This document shows positions 7,220 to 16,069 of a DNA stretch of 52,402 nucleotides, piece by piece (positions within the stretch are counted from its first letter, which is position 1; every line of letters starts with the position of its first letter). Source of the stretch: a virus (taxonomy: Duplodnaviria > Caudoviricetes); IMG/VR virus record IMGVR_UViG_3300034106_003179, positions 1 to 52,402 of that record; one strand, given 5' to 3'. A program made the translations under genes and the position numbers. Under the pieces are notes generated by a model. It did not search any database. It was not told the DNA's origin and saw only the letters and a list, made by a program, of their open reading frames with translations.

Positions 7220-8821
7220 CTAGCGGAAAGTGGACGACAGATACAAATTCATTGAGGCTCTCGCTCGCGTGGTCAGGCGGGCGTTGGCAATGGTGCCGCT
7301 GGTGATTTTCGCCGCCGCGATGCTCGTCACCTTGGCGTCGGTCACGGCACCATCAGCGAGGTCTGCGGTCACGACCGCACCCGCGTTGATCGTCCACGTT
7401 GCACCGCCGCCGGAGACAGTGATGTCGCCCTTGCTGCCGTCCGTCACGCCAGCACCGCCACCGCTCACGCTGATGGAGGTCGGGCCGATCTCGGCGTACT
7501 GTGAACCAACCCAGCGGTAGGCCCGCCCCGCGTCAGTCGCGATATAGAGCAACGAGGCATTGCCCGTGGCGGGGAAGTTCGCGGTCGTGACGTATTCGAC
7601 CACCTCTTCTGGCGAGGCGGCGGCGACGGCCGCAGCGAAGTCTGTCACCTGACTTGCGCTATGCGTATGAGAGACGCCTGCGGCATCCGTGATCCCATAC
7701 CCCGCTAGGGTGGTCGGCGTCGATGTGATCGTTGACCACGACTGCGTGTGGCTGGCCGCCGCAACGTCCGTGCCGATCACAAGGCCGAGATTCGTGCGGG
7801 CTGCCGAGGCCGTCGTCGCGCCGGTGCCGCCGTAGGCAACGCCGATGGCGCTGGCGAGCCATGTGCCGGTGGTAATTGTGCCATTAGGAGCGAGGACAAA
7901 ATTTGTTTGAGTAAGACCGCCAACAATTGATTGGTGCAAGATGCCTGAAGAATTCAGGACTAGCCCGTGATGGACGCCGAACCCTCCAGCCGAGTTTATA
8001 GCAAGCAGATTGCCGCTGACCGTGCCGGTGAACGTCGGGCTGGCGAGCGGGGCTTTCGCGGCGAGGCTGTTCGTCACGGTGGTCGAGAACGAGGCATCAT
8101 TGCCCAGTGCCGCCGCGAGCTCGTTCAGCGTGTCCAACGCAGCCGGGGCCGCGTTCACGACGTTCGCCACGGCGGTCGTGATGTCGCTGGTGCGGGCGAT
8201 GCTTGAGGAGAGCCGGGCATCGGGGAGCGTGCCGCTGGTGAGCAGGCTGGCGTTCGTTGTGGGCGGTGCAGCGGCGACGACGGCCGAGGTGAAGTCGGAG
8301 ATTTGTGCCGCTGTGTGCTGATGCGTGAGCGGTTGGCGAGCGTCACTGAGCCTCGCGTCGGTCGTGAGGACAACCGAGCCGGGCAGGCGTGCCGCGTCCA
8401 ACGTGCCAGAGGTCAAGAGGCTGGCATTGGTCGTCGCCGTGGCATTGCTGCCTGCTGGGCCTGTGGCACCCGTGGCCCCCGCCGGTCCCGCCGGTCCCGC
8501 CGGTCCCGCCGGTCCCGCCGGGCCTTGGATTCCCTGAATTCCTTGAATTCCCTGCGCTCCCGTGGCCCCGGCTTGACCTTGCGCGCCAGCGGCCCCGGCT
8601 GGGATTGTGAAGTTCAGCACCGCCGCACTCGAAGTGCCAGCGTTCACGACGCTCGCCGACGATCCCGGCGCACCCGTGGTCACGGTGCCAACCGTCACCG
8701 ATGCCGCCGCGCCTGCCGTACCCGTGGGGCCGACGCCGCCGGACACCGAAACGTCAATCTGCGTTTCGCCGACCGAGGCCGTGATCTGCTGCCCGCCGGA
8801 TACGTTCGCGTTGATCGGCAC
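7220..8821 (-). CDS. Collagen-repeat tail fibre protein
   Basis: G-X-Y repeats (GIQ, GPA), TTNASLLTSGTL x2, AALDTLNELAAALGND fibre motif, PTTLAGYGITDA repeat. Confidence 0.8.
   Translation of the reverse strand: MPINANVSGGQQITASVGETQIDVSVSGGVGPTGTAGAAASVTVGTVTTGAPGSSASVVNAGTSSAAVLNFTIPAGAAGAQGQAGATGAQGIQGIQGIQGPAGPAGPAGPAGPAGATGATGPAGSNATATTNASLLTSGTLDAARLPGSVVLTTDARLSDARQPLTHQHTAAQISDFTSAVVAAAPPTTNASLLTSGTLPDARLSSSIARTSDITTAVANVVNAAPAALDTLNELAAALGNDASFSTTVTNSLAAKAPLASPTFTGTVSGNLLAINSAGGFGVHHGLVLNSSGILHQSIVGGLTQTNFVLAPNGTITTGTWLASAIGVAYGGTGATTASAARTNLGLVIGTDVAAASHTQSWSTITSTPTTLAGYGITDAAGVSHTHSASQVTDFAAAVAAASPEEVVEYVTTANFPATGNASLLYIATDAGRAYRWVGSQYAEIGPTSISVSGGGAGVTDGSKGDITVSGGGATWTINAGAVVTADLADGAVTDAKVTSIAAAKITSGTIANARLTTRARASMNLYLSSTFR
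8478..8521. repeat. 9-bp tandem repeat (CCCGCCGGT)x~5 encoding GPA collagen triplets
   Basis: Read directly from sequence. Confidence 0.9.
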
Positions 8822-9138
8822 TAGATGACCTCCACGAATCCAGTGAGCGCGGTACGGGTCGCGTTGTTCTCCACCCACTTCATTTGCCACCCGTAGGTGC
8901 CACGGGCCAGGGCGGCCGTCTGCGTGTCGGTCAGCGAGACGTTGAACTGCCCCGCCGCAGCGTTGGCAGCCGCGACCGTGAACGCCTGCACTTCGGCACC
9001 GCTGACGAGGCTCGTCATCGCCGCCGTGACGGTGTACCCCGTCATCGTGAGCGGGTTGAAGTCAATGAGCACGCTGAAGTCGTCGGCTCTCTTGAGCGAC
9101 AGACTGAGCGTCCCCGGTGTCTGGTCGTATGAGGCCAT
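8821..9138 (-). CDS. BppU-like/Ig-like virion adaptor protein
   Basis: GQFNVSLTDTQTAAL..GTYGWQMKW...LTGFVEV pattern upstream of fibre. Confidence 0.55.
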   Translation of the reverse strand: MASYDQTPGTLSLSLKRADDFSVLIDFNPLTMTGYTVTAAMTSLVSGAEVQAFTVAAANAAAGQFNVSLTDTQTAALARGTYGWQMKWVENNATRTALTGFVEVI

Positions 9139-9145
9139 TCAGCAC

Positions 9146-9469
9146 CTAGTTTTGCGGGGGTGTCTCGACGGCCCGCGCCGTCACCGTCTTTACACGATCC
9201 GTCAACTCTCGCTGACCGTGGGCCAGTTCTTCCAGCGTCGCGGCCTGTTGGGTCTGCACCGTCGAAATCTCCTTGAGCGTCTCGCTCGTCTTCTCTAGGA
9301 ACTCGACGTGACTCTCGACCACCGGCTTTACGAGCGTCCCGTGCAGCGTGATCGCCGCCTCACGGCCCAGCCAGATGAGGACGGCTAGTAACACGACCGG
9401 CACGCCGAACCGCTCGGCAATCCGCAAGAGGGAATCCAGCACGCCTTGCTTCAGTTCTTCTCCGGTCAC
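9146..9469 (-). CDS. Holin-like membrane protein
   Basis: One TM (FGVPVVLLAVLIWLG) followed by a coiled coil. Confidence 0.5.
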   Translation of the reverse strand: MTGEELKQGVLDSLLRIAERFGVPVVLLAVLIWLGREAAITLHGTLVKPVVESHVEFLEKTSETLKEISTVQTQQAATLEELAHGQRELTDRVKTVTARAVETPPQN

Positions 9470-9825
9470 GTCGTCAACTCCTTCTGCATTGCCACAAGCC
9501 AAACACGGTTGCTCGCTCGCTCGTTCCACCAATCCAGCATGATTTTGATGATGACCGACACCATCAGTTGCAGAATGAACGCCCAAAACATTCCGTATTC
9601 CTGCGGTTCCTTGCCGCTGAGAACTTGGTGCATCCGCTTCACTGATCGTTCAATGCTGCCGCACACAGCCCGCGTCGCGTCGTCGCTGACGGCGTAGTTC
9701 AGGTTCATCGGCTCCCACGACTCGATCGTGAGTTGCACAAGGTCGGCGAACACGCGGCGGCCGATGATGTGCTTGCCCAGCGGGGCGCGCCGCCACGCGT
9801 AGTCTTGGAGGTCAGCGAGCTTCAC
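9466..9825 (-). CDS. Membrane protein
   Basis: C-terminal TM (FWAFILQLMVSVIIKIML); GTG start with GGAGG RBS. Confidence 0.6.
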   Translation of the reverse strand: MKLADLQDYAWRRAPLGKHIIGRRVFADLVQLTIESWEPMNLNYAVSDDATRAVCGSIERSVKRMHQVLSGKEPQEYGMFWAFILQLMVSVIIKIMLDWWNERASNRVWLVAMQKELTT

Positions 9826-10111
9826 GGCACCTCCCGTCGGCACATGCCTTGCCGCTGCCTTTGCAGACGGGGCATTGCATCCGAATCGAATTGCCATCAC
9901 CGATGACTCCGGTTCCGGCGCAGTTGGTGCATTTGCCAGCCGGGGCAGGGGGCTTCGGCGGCGTCGGGGCAATCTCGCCTTGCAGTCGTACCGCCATCCT
10001 CGCCGTCTCACAGGCGAGGTCGGCCGTGATCGCCGCGTCATCGACGGTCGGCGCGCCGCAGCCCTTGGCGAACAACAGGAACGTCCCGGTGACAAGAGCA
10101 GCGGTTTTCAC
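9812..10111 (-). CDS. Putative lipoprotein with DnaJ-like CxxCxGxG zinc finger
   Basis: Signal-like N-terminus ending KGC; CTNCAGTG and CPVCKGSG. Confidence 0.6.
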   Translation of the reverse strand: MKTAALVTGTFLLFAKGCGAPTVDDAAITADLACETARMAVRLQGEIAPTPPKPPAPAGKCTNCAGTGVIGDGNSIRMQCPVCKGSGKACADGRCREAR

Positions 10112-11028
10112 AACACGCCTCCGGTCCAGTTCTCAATGGTCGTCCGCTTGAAACCTGAGTAGCCCGCGTAGGTGTACGTGTCCTCGCCGCGGCACATACG
10201 GTCAATCACGTCCGCGTCGCACCAGAAAGAGCAGACGCGAACAGGCTCGGGGATGTTCGCCGGGTAGTGCTTGCCGACCGTGTTGCTCGCGCCCCAAGAG
10301 TTGTAGATGAGGATGCCGGGCCGCTTGCCCCACCGCACGCCACCGGCAAAAAGCGCGTGCGGCCACGTCCCGCCTGGGCGGCAGAACCCGTCCTCGTCGC
10401 GGCTCATGCTGAAGCCCTGCGTCGAGCAGATAACGCATCCGTAGCCATTGGAAACGGCGCGGGCCACGTCCATGAACGACGTGCAGAGTGTCGTCTCGCT
10501 CGCCCGCCGTTCCTGGGCGAACGGCTCCAGCGTGTCGGGCAGGCCGTTGCGGCCCCAATCGCGTTCACGCTGCGACGAGTGGGCATCGAACGTCACGCCG
10601 CCGTAATCGACGCCGTAGTGCAGGCAGCCGAAGTCCCGCACCGCCTTTGCGGCATGGAAGCCGGTGCTGCCGTCGCCGCCGGGGTTCGATGAACGCCCGC
10701 GAGCTTCGACTCGGCTCAGCCCGTAGAGGCTCGCTTCGATGGTGCGACCCGCCCACACCTCCGGCTCCTTGCGGTACACGATGTCGCAGGCCGCGAGCAC
10801 GTCCACGCACAGGCTCGCCGCCCAGCCGACGCACGAACCAACCGAGCCCTGCGAACCGCGTTGCCATGACGGCTGGCACTTGAGCAACGCCTCGTACAGA
10901 AACACGTCCGTCTGCTCGTCGGTGGCGAGGTCAGGCCCAGCCTGTGCCAGCGTCGGGCGTGCGAGCGTCGCGACGAACGCAGCGGCACCGGCGGGGTCGG
11001 GTTGGTATCCGAAAGCGTGAGCGGCCAA
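10108..11028 (-). CDS. Papain-like (C1) cysteine peptidase
   Basis: QGSVGSCVGWA (Q/C), WPHAL (H), YNSWG (N). Confidence 0.8.
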   Translation of the reverse strand: MAAHAFGYQPDPAGAAAFVATLARPTLAQAGPDLATDEQTDVFLYEALLKCQPSWQRGSQGSVGSCVGWAASLCVDVLAACDIVYRKEPEVWAGRTIEASLYGLSRVEARGRSSNPGGDGSTGFHAAKAVRDFGCLHYGVDYGGVTFDAHSSQRERDWGRNGLPDTLEPFAQERRASETTLCTSFMDVARAVSNGYGCVICSTQGFSMSRDEDGFCRPGGTWPHALFAGGVRWGKRPGILIYNSWGASNTVGKHYPANIPEPVRVCSFWCDADVIDRMCRGEDTYTYAGYSGFKRTTIENWTGGVL

Positions 11029-11031
11029 GTG

Positions 11032-11511
11032 TCACCCCCCGTGGATGCCAGCCCAGGCGATTGCCTTGGCGGCATCGCTGTAGGCGCGGCGCATGTCGGG
11101 AGTCACCGGCAAAACTTCCTTGCCCACCACTTCGAGCAGCACGGCCTCGGTCGCCTCACGCAGCCCGGCGTACTTGCCCGGTTGGTTGCCCGCGAGCCGC
11201 CGCCACGCGATGTCGAGAGCGAGGACGGTGAACTGCCGCAACGAACGCGTGTCGCTGAACACAATCTCGGTCGTGACGGCATCCCCCGCGACGACGATGG
11301 CCGACTTCTCCCACGTCGAGGCCCACACGGCACGATCAACGGGCGACGCGGAACGCAGGGCGGCGGCGATCCCGGCAACCTTGGCTTTCATCTCGGGACT
11401 CGGATCGGTAACGGAAACGGCAACGCGCGGCAGGCTCGGCAACGACGGCAAGCCGAACGCGGCCACGTAGCCGAGTACGATCGCGACAACGATCCGAGTA
11501 CGAACGCTCAT
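11032..11511 (-). CDS. Membrane-anchored hypothetical protein
   Basis: N-terminal TM; ATGA overlap. Confidence 0.65.
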   Translation of the reverse strand: MSVRTRIVVAIVLGYVAAFGLPSLPSLPRVAVSVTDPSPEMKAKVAGIAAALRSASPVDRAVWASTWEKSAIVVAGDAVTTEIVFSDTRSLRQFTVLALDIAWRRLAGNQPGKYAGLREATEAVLLEVVGKEVLPVTPDMRRAYSDAAKAIAWAGIHGG

Positions 11512-11789
11512 TTCTTGGCCTTTGCCGTGTTGCCCAGCAGCACGTCGAGAAGTTGCTGGCAGAGGGAGACGCCCTCCATGCACTGGGCCGCCTTCAAGCG
11601 GGTGGCGAGGTCGAGGACGATGTGCAAGTCTTTGGCCGTCACGGTTGCGGCCTTTTCACCTGCGGCTTCCAGCGGGGTTTCTTTCCAACCGGCTTGGACT
11701 TTTGCAGCCACGGCGGCAATCGCGGGGCCAGCGAGGACACCCACTGCCGCCACCGCGGCGACGAGACGAATAATTCCATCGGTGTTCAC
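11508..11789 (-). CDS. Membrane protein
   Basis: N-terminal hydrophobic helix; GTGA overlap. Confidence 0.6.
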   Translation of the reverse strand: MNTDGIIRLVAAVAAVGVLAGPAIAAVAAKVQAGWKETPLEAAGEKAATVTAKDLHIVLDLATRLKAAQCMEGVSLCQQLLDVLLGNTAKAKK

Positions 11790-12094
11790 TTCGCTTCCTC
11801 CGCTTTGAGCAGGCACCAGCGAACCAACGCCTCGCCCTGCGGCGTCTTGAGAATGTCGGCGAGCAGCCGCACCAGTTGGTCGTCCACCTGTGCGTTCGTC
11901 TTGCTGGCGATCCACTCGGCGGCGTCGGCCACGACGAGTGACTTCTTGTAGGGATCGCTTGCGTTGGCGAACGCCTGCCCGTAGGCGAGCAGCGGTGCCC
12001 ACTGGGAGAGCAAGCGAATCTGCTCCCACACGTTCAGGGTGTTGCCGTACTTGGCGTATTCCTCGGCGGTCGCGGTGTAGTTCGGGTTTTGCAT
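11786..12094 (-). CDS. Hypothetical protein
   Basis: 102 aa, strong RBS GAGGAG. Confidence 0.7.
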   Translation of the reverse strand: MQNPNYTATAEEYAKYGNTLNVWEQIRLLSQWAPLLAYGQAFANASDPYKKSLVVADAAEWIASKTNAQVDDQLVRLLADILKTPQGEALVRWCLLKAEEAK

Positions 12095-12156
12095 TGCGTT
12101 TGTCTCCTCTCCCTACACCGTATGGGGAAGCAGGCCGTCACTTGCAGATTCGGGTC

Positions 12157-12525
12157 TTACCACTGGCACTCCCGGTTGAGGCTGTCGAGGAAGTCCCGCG
12201 TCTCGGGCGGCGTCTCTATCGGGCTAAGTTCCATCGCCTGCGGCTTCGAGACGAGCCGCAGGCGGCGGGTGTTCTCGTCCCAACGCGACTGAATTTCGAG
12301 GCACGCCGCCTTGATTTCATCCTCTGTCGGGTCGCGGGTGTCGCCCTGCTCTGGCCGAAAACGCAGCCGACGGTCGTTTCGCAGCGGCAGGTTCCAGAGC
12401 GTGCGGAGCCGCAGCACTTGGTCTTTGGTGATTGTCCACCGCTCGCACAACGCCGAGATGGGCATGTGCGTTTCCCAATCACCACGAAAGGCCGTGATGC
12501 TAATGGTCGCCGTCACGCCCGCCAT
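12157..12525 (-). CDS. Hypothetical protein, possible HTH
   Basis: ISALCERWTITKDQVLRLR helix pattern. Confidence 0.55.
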   Translation of the reverse strand: MAGVTATISITAFRGDWETHMPISALCERWTITKDQVLRLRTLWNLPLRNDRRLRFRPEQGDTRDPTEDEIKAACLEIQSRWDENTRRLRLVSKPQAMELSPIETPPETRDFLDSLNRECQW

Positions 12526-13399
12526 CGGTCGGCTCCATCCAGTGCATGACCGTTCTCATCGACGGGTCGAGATACAACTTTTGCCCCGTCCGCTCCGTGA
12601 TGCTGCGATGGAAGGCGACGTGCTCGCAGTCCGTCTCGCCGTCGTAGCGGCCGCAGAGGTAGGCGGCCGAGGCATACACCGCCATGCCTCCGAACGCCGA
12701 GCAGACGGCAAACGGCTGCGAACCCACGGGCGGGAGGTGCTGGTGCTTCCAGCCGCCGACCCCGGCGGTGTAATCATCCCAGTACGAATTGAGCCGGTAC
12801 GCCCAGGCGTCGTAATGCACCCAGCCCGCGACGAGCTTCGGCTGCTTGTCCTCGCCCATCGCCATCGTCGGATGCTGGATCAGCGACACGCTTGCCATGC
12901 CGTAGGCATCGGGCGTGGCGTTCAGTTCTCCGATCCCGTGCATGACGCCCGCGTGACTCCACCCGCCCCACGCGTCCCAATCAATCACCACAACAAGATC
13001 GTAGTCGGCACAGGTGTCGGTCACCCACCGCTGGCAGGCGGTGCGGTACTCTGCGAGGGCAATCGTGCGGCGACCCGCAAACTCGGTCGTGAACTGCTCC
13101 CGGTCGAGCCGCTGGCTTGTGAACGTCGCCTGCCGGTGGGCGGCGCAGAAGTCGGCCAGCACTTGGTCGGTGTTGTCGGTGTTGTCGTTCGTCTCGATAT
13201 GCAGCCGCCACTCGCCGCACGTCTCGACAAGCTGCTCGAACCGCTCAAGGTTCGCCCTGAGGTGCGGCGCGCAGTTGCGGGCCAGCCCGACGAACGCCAC
13301 GCGCGAGTCGCGGAACCGTGCCTCGCCCTCGCGGACGCCGCGAAGGAAGTCCGCAGCAAACGGCTCAAGCGGGTAGACGAGGTGCTGCGGGACGTTCAC
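12500..13399 (-). CDS. GT-A fold glycosyltransferase (CAP59/GT2-like)
   Basis: FVGLARNC, ETNDNTDNT, VVVIDWD (DxD), SAFGGMAVY, DCEHVAFH. Confidence 0.75.
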   Translation of the reverse strand: MNVPQHLVYPLEPFAADFLRGVREGEARFRDSRVAFVGLARNCAPHLRANLERFEQLVETCGEWRLHIETNDNTDNTDQVLADFCAAHRQATFTSQRLDREQFTTEFAGRRTIALAEYRTACQRWVTDTCADYDLVVVIDWDAWGGWSHAGVMHGIGELNATPDAYGMASVSLIQHPTMAMGEDKQPKLVAGWVHYDAWAYRLNSYWDDYTAGVGGWKHQHLPPVGSQPFAVCSAFGGMAVYASAAYLCGRYDGETDCEHVAFHRSITERTGQKLYLDPSMRTVMHWMEPTDGGRDGDH

Positions 13400-13854
13400 G
13401 CAGGTTCCTTTCGCAAGTGGAACTCAATGTTTCCGTGCTGGTCATGGGCCGCACGCTCGACCGCCCACCACCGGGCCGAGACCGCGAAGTAATAGCAGCC
13501 GTACTTCTGATGCAGCTCCCTGCGGCGGTCCCAATAGTCGAACGTGCGGGGCGTGAAGAACCGCCGGTGCGTCGGATCGGTGAAAGCATTCTCATGCCGG
13601 TAGTCGGGCACCCGCAGGCTCAGGCTGCCGCCGGGGGCCAAGATTCGCCACGCTTCGTCGAGCCATTGCGGCACCTCGGCACGCAGATGCTCCACTACGT
13701 CGTTCGCCACGATCACGTCGAACTCGCCATCGACCCACGGCCACGGCAGTCGGTCGAGGTCGTGGGCCACGTCCACGTGCGGGCCGTGCGCCACGATGTC
13801 GTGGTTCACGGCACCGTCGAGACGTGTGAGGCCGCAGCCAAGGTGCAGAATCAT
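13396..13854 (-). CDS. Class I SAM-dependent methyltransferase (type 11)
   Basis: LHLGCG, DVVEHL, RILAPGG, DPTH. Confidence 0.85.
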   Translation of the reverse strand: MILHLGCGLTRLDGAVNHDIVAHGPHVDVAHDLDRLPWPWVDGEFDVIVANDVVEHLRAEVPQWLDEAWRILAPGGSLSLRVPDYRHENAFTDPTHRRFFTPRTFDYWDRRRELHQKYGCYYFAVSARWWAVERAAHDQHGNIEFHLRKEPA

Positions 13855-14000
13855 TTGCCACTCGCTGCGAGGTAGAGGCCGACGTTGGCAAACGCGTACC
13901 CCAAATAGGCCAGGCCTAGCCCTGCTTTTCCGTGCAGGGCTAGGTCGGCCGCGACGATCAAGTAGATGCCGCCCGTGAGGGCGATGAGCCACGGTGCCAT
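13851..14000 (-). CDS. Small 2-TM membrane protein
   Basis: 49 aa hydrophobic; ATGA overlap with methyltransferase. Confidence 0.6.
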   Translation of the reverse strand: MAPWLIALTGGIYLIVAADLALHGKAGLGLAYLGYAFANVGLYLAASGK

Positions 14001-14002
14001 GA

Positions 14003-14296
14003 CTACCGGTACCGGATGACGGCGAAATACATACGACGCGATGGCGAGTAGGCGATGCCTTCCTCGACGATCTGCTTGCGCCCGAAGAAGCAGCAGTTCC
14101 TTCTGGCGGCCTCGGGCGTGCTGCCCATGCCAATGCCTTCGGTCTGGCTGCACTGGCTGTGCACCAGCGAGCCGCGACGGGCGATGATGACGGCGTGATC
14201 CTGTGCCGAAATCACGGCGGGGCCACGCACGGCAACGGTCTGGCCGTGAACGAACGAAGCGGTGAGAGCGAGAAAGACGACAAACGCAAAACGCAT
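14003..14296 (-). CDS. Small secreted protein (CAP/SCP-like)
   Basis: Signal peptide; AQDHA...LVHS...EGIG motif. Confidence 0.5.
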   Translation of the reverse strand: MRFAFVVFLALTASFVHGQTVAVRGPAVISAQDHAVIIARRGSLVHSQCSQTEGIGMGSTPEAARRNCCFFGRKQIVEEGIAYSPSRRMYFAVIRYR

Positions 14297-14302
14297 AGCA
14301 CA

Positions 14303-14335
14303 ACTCCTTGGGTTGAGGAAACCAACCCAAGGAGT
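14303..14335 (-). promoter_or_regulatory. 13-bp stem hairpin occluding RBS of downstream gene
   Basis: ACTCCTTGGGTTG/CAACCCAAGGAGT inverted repeat containing AAGGAG. Confidence 0.55.
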
Positions 14336-14356
14336 GTGCCGTGCGTGTCAAATCTT

Positions 14357-15457
14357 TCAGCCGTCGGCCAGCGGCATGATCGTAATGCGGGCGGTGTCGG
14401 CCCGCAGCAGCATCGCACTGTCGCCGTTCTTGAACTCAATGCTGACCGTTTCCGCACCGTCGATCTTGTTGAGCCATTCAATCGCGTAGTGCGGATTGAT
14501 GACGAAGCCCCCCGGCGTGCCCGCTTCCAGCAGGCCGCACGTCACCTCGCTCTCGCCGTACTCCTGCGACTTGCTCCGCAGCGTGATCCCGGTGTCGGCG
14601 ACCGTCCACCGCACGCCCTTGCTCGTCTCGCTGGTGCAGACCGCCGCCATCGAACACGCCCGCAGCAGGTCGTCCGCGTTGGCAAACGAGTGCGGCCCGT
14701 CGTGGTCAGGCTCGATGAGGTGCCACTTGGGGAACTGCCCGGCCAGCAGCATCGCCCGCACGACCGTCGAATCAACCGTCACAATTACCTCCGAGCCGGT
14801 CGTCTCGAACTGCACCGCCTCGCCGCTCGCCGCGACCCGCCGCACAATTTCCATCGCCCGCTGCGGAACCAACGCCGAAGCGTCGTCGGTCGCTTGGTCG
14901 ATCTCGCACTCGGTCACGGCCATGCGCTTGCCGTCCGTCGCCACGAAGAACAGCGTCCCGTCGCGGAACTCCACTTGGATACCGCTCATCGTGAAGCGGT
15001 CGTCCTGCTTCGCGGGGACGCACAGGATCGGCCGCAGCAGGCCGCACAACTGGTCGGCGGGCAGGTGGGCAATCGGCTTGGCGTAGCCGTCGCTCGCCGC
15101 CGGGAACTCGTCGGCGTTCTCAGTGGGGAGCGTCCACGAACCCTTGCCCGCAGAGATGCGGCAGCGGTCGCCTTCGATCTGGAACGTCATCTCATCGGCG
15201 GTGATGTTTCCGACGATGGATTGCAGCCTGCCGAACGGCAGCAGCGTCACGTCGTCCATGCCGGGGAGCGGAGCCTCGACGCGAATTTCAAGGTCGGTGC
15301 CGATCATCACGCCGTTGCCGACTAGCACGTTCGTGAGGATCGGTTTCGGGGAGCGGGTCGGCACCGCCTTCTCGACGGCGTGGATCGCCCTACGAACGTC
15401 ATCGACGCTCAACGTCGTGCCAGTGGTTGTGCGCTTTCGGGTTGCTGTCGCGGCCAT
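14357..15457 (-). CDS. dnaN: DNA polymerase III beta sliding clamp
   Basis: PILTNVL, GTDLE, ADEFP, VATDGKRMA, GQFPKW, IMPL; 366 aa. Confidence 0.92.
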   Translation of the reverse strand: MAATATRKRTTTGTTLSVDDVRRAIHAVEKAVPTRSPKPILTNVLVGNGVMIGTDLEIRVEAPLPGMDDVTLLPFGRLQSIVGNITADEMTFQIEGDRCRISAGKGSWTLPTENADEFPAASDGYAKPIAHLPADQLCGLLRPILCVPAKQDDRFTMSGIQVEFRDGTLFFVATDGKRMAVTECEIDQATDDASALVPQRAMEIVRRVAASGEAVQFETTGSEVIVTVDSTVVRAMLLAGQFPKWHLIEPDHDGPHSFANADDLLRACSMAAVCTSETSKGVRWTVADTGITLRSKSQEYGESEVTCGLLEAGTPGGFVINPHYAIEWLNKIDGAETVSIEFKNGDSAMLLRADTARITIMPLADG

Positions 15458-15566
15458 GATTCACTTCCTTTCGGCTCATGGAAATACCAGCCAGAACACC
15501 CACGGCGAACGTCGCCGCGTGGAGTATTGAACCGATAGAAACGCAGACGATTTGCTCAATAGTCAC
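15399..15566 (-). CDS. Small membrane protein
   Basis: Hydrophobic segment; overlaps dnaN start. Confidence 0.4.
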   Translation of the reverse strand: MTIEQIVCVSIGSILHAATFAVGVLAGISMSRKEVNHGRDSNPKAHNHWHDVERR

Positions 15567-15792
15567 GAACCATCCCCCCGTCACCTTGAGCGTCCAGCAC
15601 CTCGACCGCGTTTAGTCCTCGCAGCGTGTTCGCCAACTTCTCGGCAAGCAGCATCGGCACGTCGTCCTCGTCGGCCAACGTCGCGGCACACAGGGCCAGC
15701 TCGTCGGCTCGTTCCTCGCACTCCTCACACAGCCCGTCGTCGGCCGCGACCCACAGGCGTATCGTCAACGGGCCAACCGAAACCTTCCGCAT
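15556..15792 (-). CDS. Hypothetical protein
   Basis: Acidic ORF ending NAVEVLDAQGDG; start uncertain. Confidence 0.5.
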   Translation of the reverse strand: MRKVSVGPLTIRLWVAADDGLCEECEERADELALCAATLADEDDVPMLLAEKLANTLRGLNAVEVLDAQGDGGMVRDY

Positions 15793-16069
15793 GAGTTCGT
15801 AAGCACGCATACGCTTCCTCCTTGCTGGTGACGACATGGCACGGGGTTCCTCCCCGCGTTTCCAATTCATTCATGCGACGGCGTTGAATCTCGGTCGGGT
15901 GCTTGCCCGGCTGCTTCACTTCCAACCACACCGCGTGGCCTTTCTGAAGGCACAGCAAGTCGGGCAGGCCCGCGAGTTGGTACGGCCCGCCATGAATCTT
16001 GATGGGCTTCCAGCCCAGTGATTCGGCTACCCGAACAATCGACGCTACGATGCTGGATTCGCGCGGCAT
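15725..16069 (-). CDS. VRR-NUC nuclease
   Basis: ESSI, AGLPDL, WLEVKQPG, TEIQ. Confidence 0.85.
   Translation of the reverse strand: MPRESSIVASIVRVAESLGWKPIKIHGGPYQLAGLPDLLCLQKGHAVWLEVKQPGKHPTEIQRRRMNELETRGGTPCHVVTSKEEAYACLRTHAEGFGWPVDDTPVGRGRRRAV

Noticed and set aside
4034-8821. Diversity-generating retroelement or invertase shufflon acting on fibres
   Set aside because: No reverse transcriptase, no TR/VR pair with adenine-specific mismatches, and no inverted fibre cassettes were seen.
12105-12150. Shared late-promoter consensus (also near 14340, 43385, 45310)
   Set aside because: The similarities are too weak to define by eye; motif discovery or TSS data are needed.
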